This document shows, in pieces, positions 13,183 to 24,040 of a DNA stretch of 64,000 nt (positions are counted from its first letter, which is position 1; each line of letters starts with the position of its first letter). Source of the DNA: Macrostomum lignano (taxonomy: Eukaryota). The position numbers and the translations under genes are program-made. The notes beneath the pieces are model-generated. The model had not been told where the DNA came from. It saw nothing but the letters and a program-made list of their open reading frames with translations, and made no database searches. The DNA lies in assembly GCA_002269645.1 (NCBI GenBank), contig NIVC01000011.1, positions 1 through 64,000 on the forward strand, given 5' to 3'.

Positions 13183-13239
13183 GAAGCCGCCAAAACATCA
13201 CGAAAGAAGAAGTACAGCAAACTATTAAGTCGCTATTGA
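13183..13239 (+). CDS. RNF213: Probable terminal exon of the RNF213-like gene (EAAKTSRKKKYSKLLSRY*)
   Basis: TTTTTAATTTTAG acceptor after a 100-nt intron; the phase-0 reading ends at TGA 13237-13239. Confidence 0.5.
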   Translation, partial: EAAKTSRKKKYSKLLSRY

Positions 13240-15338
13240 TGCGCCAATTTAAGAAAATTGCTTTGAACTGGTGGATTAAAAGCCTGTTGGTTTTTTTTCG
13301 AAAGTCCATCGCTACATGCAGGGTACATACATCACCTTTACTATATGCATTGCTTCTGTTGCGTGTAAAATCCCACCAATAAGTCACCAAGTTGTTCTAG
13401 GGCTAAAGTTCTGTCCCCTGAATTATACCACTAAATGCCACCAAGTTGTCACAGGTGTGATTTTACTTAATTGGTCTATCTCTAAAATTCTACTAAACTA
13501 TTACAGGCCTCCTCGTTCAGCCTAATTAATTCGTACTATTAGTCACTAAGCTAGAACTCTTGGAAATTTCGTAATTCACTCGATTTCTTAAAAATCTAGT
13601 GGTAGCGATTAGTGCCCGAGCGTTATGGACACTGTACTTAAGTCCTAAACTAAGTCCGAAAGTATTGCGCATTATTCGGGGATCAAGGGTTTTCCAGCAT
13701 CAGCTTCTAAGCTTCCTAATGCCTACTATCAATAGCCTACACGGTTTTAATACTCCTATTCTGGGTCTCCACGACCTCAATTTGCCCTATTCTTACAAAG
13801 AACTAAGTCTTTAACAACAGTCTGCTTTAAATTTTCTTTGAACTTATAGTCAATTTAAGCGGATTTTAAGCTCAAGCAAAAGTTGGTATTCTCGTATTTT
13901 CGTTTTAAGTTGGCCGTATTTATAGTAATTTTGGAGAATGGGGAATTAATGATCTAGATACTCGTATAATTGACAAACAATTGGATTTCAAACAAAAAAG
14001 ATAAAACTAAAACAAACTAATTATTTGATTGGCCGGGATATAAAACGCAAAGTTAACTACTAATCAGCCCCACATCAATTAGATCAAAGCAGCTTTATAC
14101 TTTTGGCAAATTGAAATCCATCTTCAGACGCACAGCGAGTTTCCTAAAGCTAATTTTGTAAAAATGATTCGCAAATACATTGTTATGATCGAGGGTGAGG
14201 TGTACAAATGCATGTAGTATTTGTCTCGTAGAGTGTCTTTATCGTTATTTTCGTCAGTTCCCACAGTTCCTATAATACTCTCGTAGTTACCCAAACTTAA
14301 ACAGTCATAGCTTGAGCCATTTTTTAAATTGTCATACCTCCTGGATTCGCGATTATTTTTTTATGGTACTCGTACTATATACTGTTGCGATACCGTCTAG
14401 GTGTGTTTTTATTAAAGTTGTTTTATTTTCAAGTTAAAATGTTTTATTCTGTTTACTCCACGGCTGTGTTTTTCTGAGTGTATTTTTTTTAATTTAAAAC
14501 ATTAGCTAGTTCTAGATTTTTCACTAATTTTCTAATTTATCTCACTCTCACCTACTCGTAGCTAATAACACAGACCCAAAAAAATTTGGTTATTCCAGTT
14601 TAATAGAAGATACGAGTAAGGGAGTAATTGCTTAAATGATGATAGGAATAGGGGTTTGCTGCTAATTTGTAACTCCAATGTACGATTTTAATACATGTAC
14701 GTGTGTTTATTTGATGGCCGTGTGAACGATCGGCGTATCTAGCATCCAGGTCGTCGGCTTAGATTGCTGAGGTGGCTTTTCACATCCAAATCAATATTTT
14801 ATACTGCACAGCCAAACACGATTGCATAATTTTGCTTTTTTTACACTTGATCGGTTATTCTTATCCAATCTACAAGCCTAGAAATATTATAAATGTCTGC
14901 AAGATTTTCTGTCATCAGCCTCTCCACGCACTAATTTTATTTCTAAAACAGCCTACAAAATGGACCCAAAAACTATGGCTCGTGAACTCGCGGCTTTAAG
15001 AAATTATTTTCATATTAATACTAATTCATAAATGATGATATTCACTCAAAACGCACGTACCGCGTGCACTGACTATAATGACTTGAATTATTTTCAATGG
15101 CTGCATACAGTAATAAATCGGGAAAAATTGCTTACAAATTTTAAAAAATGACTCACAAATAACCACCCCAGTAACACAACCATGTGCATCGTCCCCTTTC
15201 TTAGCCAATCAGAGCGCGACACTGAGATTACTACACTGGGGGTTGCGTACCAGTGCAGATAGAGTTTGAGGACTTAAAACCATGCGCTTCATCCAATGTA
15301 TGTACCTTTGTTGACAGCTGTTATGGAGTCAATAACTT

Positions 15339-15526
15339 TCTTCAGGGCGACAAAAATGGTACCTGCGGCTCTAAAATGAGTGCCTGCTGCGCTAAAATGG
15401 TGTCTGCGGCGCTAACCTGAGGGCCTGCGGTGCCAAAATGGTGCCTGCGGCGCTAAATGAGTGGCTGCGGCGCTAAGTGGGGGACATGTCCCCCCTGCCC
15501 CCCCCCCCTCGGTGGCGACGCCCTTG
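15339..15526. mobile_element. Partial copy of the CAGGGGCGTCGCCA-terminated hAT-like MITE family
   Basis: Ends in GGTGGCGACGCCCTTG preceded by GGGACATGTCCCCC. Contains GCGGCGCTAAAATGAGTGCC units as in 30123-31637. No second TIR or TSD found. Confidence 0.65.
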
Positions 15527-16092
15527 CACTTACATGTATAGCTGCAGGTTTTTGACATGTAGATTTGATAGAGCTTGTCCTCAAAAAGCTGCGGCAAGCT
15601 TTACCGTTTACCACACAGTCATGCACTTATGTACGGGGTTTAATGCCACCCCAGGGACAACTAAAACCCTTGCTTGCTTGCTGTGCTTGCACAACAACAC
15701 CCAGCTAGACTCATTTATTTCTGCTTAGTCTTCTTGTAATATTTTATATGTGCTATCCTGATTCATGGCGTGTCAGCATTGCGAACTCCGGGGCAAGGGT
15801 TGCATCTACATGGAATCAGCTGTTCCAATTAAATATCCAAACATGTAGTAAAGTAATGTACATATGTTTCCAGTTTAGACGTTGGACAGGACCAGTACGT
15901 AGCTTGACAGCAATTTATTTAGTTATTCAGCAACAAGTTTCAGTAGCCGAGACACTAAAAAAGAAACTGCATGATGGTCATTTATATGACAATAAACAAT
16001 CTCTATAGCTATCAGCCTACGTACTCTGCAAAACCACTAGGAGTCTATAAGTACCTAGAGCTAGGTCCTTAATCGTTACATACATGTATACA

Positions 16093-18483
16093 CAGGGACG
16101 TCGCCATGGATTTTATGGTGTAGTGGAGATGGACAAAACTGATGGGTTTCGACCTTCCGGCCCCCTTGTTAGGGAAGCCTTCGGGCCTCAGGTCTCAGAA
16201 ATAAATCAATTAGAGTCCTGGCCCCCCACTCCTGTCAAATGGTCAGCCCAATGGTAGCTTGATCGTGCGGCGAGCAGTCTAGGTCCTATAGCTAAGAGAG
16301 GGACAGCGAGAGACGAGCAGGGAGAACTTTGAAAGTAGAAATTAGCTAATCCGCAGCTAAGCTAACTCGCTGCCACCAGCCCGTGCACCCTGGCTCACCA
16401 CACCGGGACTCTCGAAATCGGGCTTCCGACTAGAAGGGGCTTTGCACTTACCTGCCAACTAGTGTCTTTTTGCTGTCTATCTCGAAGTCATAGCCGATGA
16501 TAAGGGACACTGCTGGGACTAGATCGCATTGGCCATGCAGGTACAGAGGGGACTTGTGCAGGGGATTCTTGCAGTGGCGAGACTATGGGGTAGCTACATG
16601 TACTATTACATTGCTAAATACGAAGAATTGTACTTTTGGCCTTCAACGCGCCAACTAGCCTCTCATAGCGCTGATGATAGACTAACTCGAACTTCAGAGA
16701 CCGCATGATTCATTACCCGAGCCGCTTGGCGAACCTAGAGTGCACAGAGTACATCTCTGGCGCCGATTTTGCACTATTGGCAATTTTGCTCACTGATTTG
16801 ATAGATTAATCGACTGAGAACTGCCTTGCCATTGGTCCACTGTAACCGGCGCCTACTAGCTTAGCTACTCATCTGAGCCATCGGCGAACAAAGAAATAAA
16901 CCGATAAAAATAACTGTCAGATTTAACCTTCTCCTTAGATCACTTCACACTTCAGATTGAATTGGAGTTTAGACTACTGGCAGTATTATTGAATGACTTC
17001 TGCCTCAGCAACAGCACTCTGAACAAAGTGAGCGAAAGTGTGCGCCTAATTCAGCTACTGAAACAGGGGACAGATAAGGGATCACCCAATCAAGCAAGTC
17101 CAGGTAGCCTCTCACCCAACCAATCAGAAACTCAACAGCCGGAGACCAGGAAATCCACAGTGACCGAATCGGCTTGATGCTTCGCAGCTGTAGACTCGGG
17201 ATGATGCTGACACAATCTTCGCTGATAGCTAGCAGGTGATGATCTTAACTTTGATGTTCGCTGCTGATGACCGGGGGACTCGTCCTTGATGATGAGGGGG
17301 GAAGTCGCAATCCGGGGTATCAATAAACGACGGTCGGGCTCCGGGAACCAGAAATGTCGGGAAGGTTCCTCCGCGGGAGAGCCGGTTGATGTTCGAGCGG
17401 GCCAAAAACACCGGTTTAAATAGCCGCCAACTGGACCACAGTTTGTTATAATGGAACACGTCGATTCTGATTGGCTGAGCCGTTTTGTTAAAATGAATGC
17501 CGAATTTTCTGATTGGCTAAGCTTGTTGCTACCCAGAATCACGTGACCGGGAGATCCTATCAGTTCCCACAGGGTTGTAAAAAGATGACAGGTGCGGTCA
17601 TAAATCAACCAAAATCGCAACAAAATGATTTATGACTTTTCGGGTAGGATTGACAGAAATTAATGAAAAAATATACATTAGAAAGCTCTTATTAAATAGA
17701 AAGTGAAGATAATGAAGAGAAATCGCTAATCGCTAATCCCAAGGTACTTTTAGGGGTAAAACGCATAGCTGTCAAAGCTGTCACACGCTTGAGTGAACAC
17801 GAACAATAGGCTCTGACCTCATAAATCTTGATGGCCTGTCAAAATGATGAGAAAAAAGCTACCGCCCGCATCCTCTCAGACCATCTGGCGCCCGCCTCAA
17901 CACTGAGTGAGGCGCAGGTGGCTGTCAGACCAGCTTCGAAAGCGATGATTTATGACCCAAAAAGCTGCGCCTATGTTATTATGACTACTAGTATGACCAG
18001 ACATTATATCTAGTATAGATTCTATGACAATTCGCAGAAAAAGGATAAAAATGCCCATAGCCTGCTTTTAGTAGGCTAGTAAGTTTAGAGCCCATGTGCT
18101 AGCGCGGGATTTGGAAAAAAGTGCGTCTTCATCAAAACCAAGAATTCTGCTGAACATGTACATAATTAAGTTGATCGACTAAATTCCTACGTGTAAATAT
18201 CGTTTTTTTCGAATCGGTGTTGTCAGCAATTATTTCAGTGCTGCAGACACCATTTTAAATGTGGCGTCACAGGCACTCATTTCAGCGCGCAGGCATTACT
18301 TCAGCGCATCTTTAGTCGCCCTGAAGCAAAATGATTTAATTTCAAATCAGCTATAGTACGTAGCTAGGTCAACAAATTAAGGTGGGGCGGGGGGAACAAG
18401 CATTAATTGGCATGTCCCCCGGCCATAGCTTTTATACTGGGGGGACATGTCTTACCCTGCCCGCCCCCGGTGGCAACGCCCTG
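16093..18483 (-). mobile_element. 2.4-kb non-autonomous hAT-like element of the same family as 30123-31637, with different interior cargo
   Basis: Left end CAGGGACGTCGCCATGGATTTT is the rc of the right end of 30123-31637. Right end GACATGTC...CCCCGGTGGCAACGCCCTG is the rc of its left end. The rc minisatellite unit CAGGCACTCATTTCAGCGC occurs at ~18270. Flanks TGTATACA / TGTAAAACA form only a degenerate TSD. Confidence 0.6.
17400..17545 (-). promoter_or_regulatory. Pol II promoter-like module (E-box, two CCAAT boxes, TATA-like box) facing the minus direction
   Basis: CACGTG at 17540-17545. CTGATTGGCT twice (ATTGG at 17470 and 17512, 42 bp apart). Minus-strand GGCTATTTAAA at 17415-17425. Confidence 0.35.
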
Positions 18484-19973
18484 TGTAAAACACGTTTAAT
18501 AATACTATTAGAATCTAGAATGAGTTTTTTACAATCTAAAATAATGTGTGCATTATGTAGTAATTAAGTGATGTACATAACCAGTTGCTGCATTCAACAC
18601 TAAAATATCTCTAGTTCTATAATTTTTTTTACATCAGATTCCGCTTGATTCTCAACCTAAAACGATAATCAATGGATAACTTTAATTTTTTGTGTTATAT
18701 TTTCGGGAGATCATGTTACAATAACTATATATATACCGACTTTGAAAACGAACGTATTTATAAATGCAGAAAAAATACACTTAAAGCTGTTGAATAAAAC
18801 TTCACGTTTTTTAGTAGTTAAGTTTTAGTAAACATTACTGTTTTCAAACAATTTTGACTTTACGATTTGTCTTACTGCGTTTGATTACACTATCACCGAA
18901 AGGCACATTTTTGACTGTAATTTTTAGTGAAATATTTAATTAATGCCTAAGAACTAATTTTCGTTATCATAATATATCTACCTAACGACAAACCATTTTT
19001 GATATATGGGATGATTTACAAGTATTTACAAGCATATTGCAGGTTAGGAACTTAGATTTAATGTTGCAAGCTCATTAGCTCAGTATACATTTAAGTCTAA
19101 TATATTCCCAGCTATTGCACTTTTTACACTGCAACATTATCTTTCACTAGACCTATATTCAATTAAGTTCATTTAACAGTTACAGCATATTCGTTTTTTT
19201 AGACTTTTGTAAAGAGTTTCACTGTTTCAGAGGTTGGGATAAGGCCTAGGCCTAGTGCCTAGAAAAATTGAACAAGTTAGGCCTATTCAGTTATTCTATT
19301 GAATTTGGATCAATATAAATTATAGGCCTATTTAAGCAGGACAAGTCATTTAGCCTAGGTGCCTCAGGCTAGAGTAGGCCTAAGAAGAACGATTCCTTAA
19401 ATTAGAAGGCCACATGATCTATGCCAAGGGCTATTGTATTGCCCCAACCTGTTTAGGATATCCTGCTATGTGCTTACCAGGGTCTGTTTAGGCAGGGTCA
19501 AGCCTGTGCTTGAACCTGTCAATATGTAGACTGCCTGCTATGCAATGCTGGGGTGCCCAAAACTACCAACAGAGCAGACTTCGTTTGCTCTTAGGCTTTG
19601 TGATTCCATTTGTCTTGCTCTAACTGTGACCTTTGCTTGTAGGGCTAGGGCTATATATTTTATTGTAATAATTTTTTGTTTGATTAGAAAATTGCATGGG
19701 AACTTTTGCAATTGGCTATTAATGGAATGGCAAGCATATAGGGCAATCCATTATATGACTATTTCCCCCACAAATTAAAAATCAAATGAAAAATCTTGAA
19801 TAATCTATCTTTTACCCTAAAATAAAAGTCACTTATTATAAAATGAAATTATTTAAACACAATACTATTTATTCTTAATTTAGATTTGTATAATATAATA
19901 ACTAGGCCTTCAGCTTATATTTTTTAATTAATTGACTAGGCTAGTTTTGTATCTAATTGACTAGTCCTAGGCT

Positions 19974-21051
19974 GGTTATTGGTAAGTCGGTGACAAAACA
20001 TTTTGGTGACAAGTTTGGAAACTTTGGTGACAACCTCAGTCAAATCAGTGACACCATCAAAAATTGTTTATGTAATTTAGAGATTTACTCTATATGTATT
20101 AATTGCTCTTTCTTTATAATTATTATTGCAGTTTATTTTGTTTTTCTTCTTTAAGTCAATTGCATTGATCGATTTTTTACTATGTATAATATAGCCAAAT
20201 TTACTAATTGAGTAATTACTGAGTCATTATGCGCAGCCTGATACATATTGTAGTCATCATCCTGTTGAACCTGGCGATCATCACCCTGCTATTTGTAGTC
20301 ATCATCCAGCCGCTGTACATGTACATCAGGATGGGAGCACTCTAAGCAGTGCCAAGGAAAAGTTCCTAGTTTTTTAAGCAGAAGTATGTCCTTGCATTCA
20401 TGCCTGTTCCACAGACTCTATGCTGCCAGCGGTGGCAGCTATCACAAAAGTAGGCTATGTTGAAGAAGGCAAACCTTCCTACAACTCAAGTATAAATCCA
20501 TGACAAGTCTAAATATGCAAATAAAACAGTTGTTCTTTTATATTTATCAGCAATTAATTACTCACTGCCCTGTATCTCTCCCCTGAGTCCCCAGTTAGCA
20601 GAAAAACTAAACAGTTATTGAGTATGTACTTTCTATGTATGCATGCACACTTGTCATATAAACTAGATCAGCTCTTATATTTTATTCATTGTGTAAGTGC
20701 TTTGCAATTTAAATGAGACAAACAACCAGACTAATATCCAAGTAGCCAGAAGAGCTACCTGCATAAGGACAGGGTACACTATTCAGTATATTGTACATAG
20801 TCAAAAATTGATCGATGCAATTGACTTTTAAGAAGAAAAACAAATAAACTGCAAAATATGACTTTAAAGGAAAAGCAATGCATGTCAGCAAAAAATGATG
20901 ATAAAAATTGCATTTGCTCAATAAATCTCTAAATTACATAAACAATTTATAGCAGTATCACCGATTCGACTGAGGTTGTCACCGAAGTTTCCAAACTTGT
21001 CACCAAAATGGTTGTCACCAAAATGTCTTGTCACCAACTTGACCAGTAACC
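19974..21051. mobile_element. Non-autonomous DNA transposon (GG termini, ~85-bp TIRs with GGTGACAA subrepeats; MULE- or Merlin-like)
   Basis: 8-bp TSD CCTAGGCT at 19966-19973 and 21052-21059. 19974-20056 is an inverted repeat of ~20960-21051. Confidence 0.85.
20331..20501 (-). pseudogene. Frameshifted PHD-finger coding relic inside the 19974-21051 element
   Basis: Minus strand reads MDLYLSCRKVCLLQHSLL / CDSCHRWQHRVCGTGMNARTYFCLKTRNF / WHCLECSH across two frame changes, giving a CxxC-x4-H-xx-C ... WxCxxC PHD signature. Confidence 0.6.
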
Positions 21052-21192
21052 CCTAGGCTTAGTCAATGACTGTAAATGAACTTTAATTCAAACCCACTTT
21101 ATTTATTAATGCTTGTTATCTATTGGAAAAAGATATTTGGAAGCATCATTTTGAGGCAAACATGTTTGGAAACCGGGCTTGTCTATTAGATC

Positions 21193-21480
21193 CATACATG
21201 CGCAACAGTCGGCCGAGTCGGCCGATCCGGCCGACCGATTTGGCGGCCAACCAAGGAAGTCGCAAAAATGCCGACCCGAAAAAACAGAGTAGTAGTACTA
21301 AGTAGCTGACGAGGCTTTATAATACAGTCATAGTTACTCCTGCCGTTTACCCAAAGTTGCGTTAATTTTGCTTTCGGGTTTTTTTTACATGTAAGTCGCA
21401 TTTTTGGCCAAAAACTACGTCGCATTTTTGTTAAAACTAAGTCGCACGGCCGACCGAATTTTGGAGGTTGCGCATGTATG
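21193..21480. mobile_element. MITE (288 bp), hAT- or P-like
   Basis: Perfect 14-bp TIR CATACATGCGCAAC / GTTGCGCATGTATG. 8-bp TSD ATTAGATC at 21185-21192 and 21481-21488. Confidence 0.9.
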
Positions 21481-22448
21481 ATTAGATCTAGGACTATTAA
21501 CCTATACTAGACCCATAAAAATGAGTACGCTTAGCAGTTGGTTCCCAATTAAAGATTTGGTAGAAAAAGCCTCTTAAATTGTATTTTAGTCTAGCTTTCT
21601 TTGAAGGCAAATCCTAGCCTGCTAGGTGGCTTTTTTATTAGCTTATTGATCTTAACTTTAGCCCTTATTATCTTAACTATAATGCATATGTGATATCAGA
21701 AATATTTGTTTTTGAGTTCCTACTTTTAGGAATCTTTAAAACTAGCAACATTCATTCTTTTCTAAAAAACTTCTACTTTTCTATATTTTATACTTATTGG
21801 TTATCTATCCAATCAATGGCTTTAATGCTCCTTAAACTTACAAGTCTTAAGTTATTTAGTGACCTAAATATAGTTCTAAATTCTATATCTAAACTCTGAC
21901 TAAAAACTTCTAAATCTGAAAATTCCTATAGCCATATCTGTAGCTATGGTTAAACTCTAATCAAAATAAAAAATCAATAGTTAATTATTATTTATTTATT
22001 TATAACCATCCTAGCCTTTTATATTTCATAAGTTAGTTTTCATATATATTTTAAAAGTATCTTAAACTTATAAGTTATTTTCTAGAAATAATTAACTATT
22101 AATTGACATTTTAATGTTTAATATAAACTAAACTATATATCCCAAAATTAAGTTTATTTATTTATTGTCAAAATACCAAAACATAAAAAAGTCCTTTTAA
22201 GTTTTTCGGTTTTGCTGAAATGACTCAGCCATGTCTACTCTAAGCCTAAGCAAAAAGCTAATTTTTTTGAAGATTTTTATATTTACTTTTTTAGGCCCTA
22301 TACATATCAATATTTTATATAAAAAAGTGTAAAACCTATTCCTTTTATCTAAAGAGCAAAGTTCTATTATAGCTATAAATATGGCTGTAGAAAATTATTT
22401 ACATGTAAAATTGTAGCCTAAAATATAAAATAAATATATGCATTACTA

Positions 22449-22679
22449 TTATCTAGATAATTTTTTATATTTGCTGCTAAACAAACTGCAAGTGTTTATG
22501 CTTCCTAATACCAGTGGAGCAAGTGAAGCAATTTCTGCTGGTGTGTAGTTAGGCATGGCAAAGAGCCACCACTCAACTGGATTTCTTGGCCATGACTCTA
22601 CTGATGAAAGTGAGTGAATTGAGTCTTTTTGATCTGGTTTACATTTAAATGGAGTGCTTTTTACCATAGTTTGTTTCAA
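22449..22679 (-). pseudogene. hAT transposase C-terminal dimerisation-domain relic
   Basis: RNPVEWWLFAMPNYTPAEIASLAPLVLGSINTCSLFS resembles the hAT motif dPleWW...yPeLa.lA..lLsip.ss..sERxFS. Confidence 0.5.
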
Positions 22680-22870
22680 AGTGTTTGTAGATTTTAATAT
22701 ACTGTTTTTGTGTTAATGTTTGTTTTTGTGCTGTTTTTCAACTTTAAAATTTCACCAATTTCAAATCAATTAACAGTGTCGGATGCTTGCACATTGAGTT
22801 ACAGTCAAATCAACCATAATCAGCCTCTCTCCATTACTGAAAACTCAATCAGCTTCAATAAGATTTCGCG

Positions 22871-24040
22871 TGTGACACTCAAAACTCAACCACACCAGTG
22901 TCAGTGATTCAAAACTCAACCACACCAGTGTCAGTGATTCAAAACTCAACCACAATCAGCTTCAGTGTGTGACACTCAAAACTCAACCACAATCAGCTTC
23001 AGTGTGTGACACTCAAAACTCAGCCACAAAAAGCCTTAGTGACACTCAAAACTCAACCACAATAAGCCTGAGTGACACTCAAAACTCAACCACAATCAGC
23101 TTCAGTGTGTGACACTCAAAACTCAACCACACCAGTGTCAGTGATTCAAAACTCAACCACAATCAGCTTCAGTGTGTGACACTCAAAACTCAGCCACAAT
23201 AAGTCTGAGTGACACTCAAAACTCAACCACAATAAGCCTGAGTGACACTCAAAACTGAACCACAATCAGCCTCAGTGTGATTCAAAACTCAACCACACCA
23301 GTGTCAGTGATTCAAAACTCAACCACAATCAGCTTCAGTGTGTGACACTCAAAACTCAACCACAATCAGCTTCAGTGTGTGACACTCAAAACTCAGCCAC
23401 AAAAAGCCTTAGTGACACTCAAAACTCAACCACAATAAGCCTGAGTGACACTCAAAACTCAACCACAATCAGCTTCAGTGTGTGACACTCAAAACTCAAC
23501 CACACCAGTGTCAGTGATTCAAAACTCAACCACAATCAGCTTCAGTGTGTGACACTCAAAACTCAGCCACAATAAGTCTGAGTGACACTCAAAACTCAAC
23601 CACAATAAGCCTGAGTGACACTCAAAACTCAACCACAATCAGCCTCAGTGTGATTCAAAACTCAACCACAATCAGCCTCAGTGTGTGACACTCAAAACTC
23701 AACCACAATCAGCCTCAGTGTGTGACACTCAAAACTCAACCGCAATCAGCCTCAGTGTGTAACACTCAAAACTTAACCACAATCAGCCTCAGTGTGTAAC
23801 ACTCAAAACTCAACCACAATCAGCCTCAGTGTGTGACACTCAAAACTCAACCACAATCAGCCTCAGTGTGTGACACTCAAAACTCAACCACAATCAGCCT
23901 CAGTGTGTGACACTCAAAACTCAACCACAATCAGCCTCAGTGTGACTCAAAACTGAACCACAATCAGCCTCAGTGTGATTCAAAACTCAACCACAATCAG
24001 CCTCAGTGTGATTCAAAACTCAACCACAATCAGCCTCAGT
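22871..24040. repeat. Minisatellite, 31-33-bp unit
   Basis: Unit GTGACACTCAAAACTCAACCACAATCAGCCTCAGTGT with variant blocks. Confidence 0.95.

Noticed and set aside
16500-16800. Possible reverse-transcriptase relic (RGLVQG..., SADD, TEYI)
   Set aside because: Motifs are too degenerate and lie in inconsistent frames to support a call without a search.
22871-24040. Possible CRISPR-like array
   Set aside because: Units are contiguous with no unique spacers, and the context is eukaryotic; it is a minisatellite.
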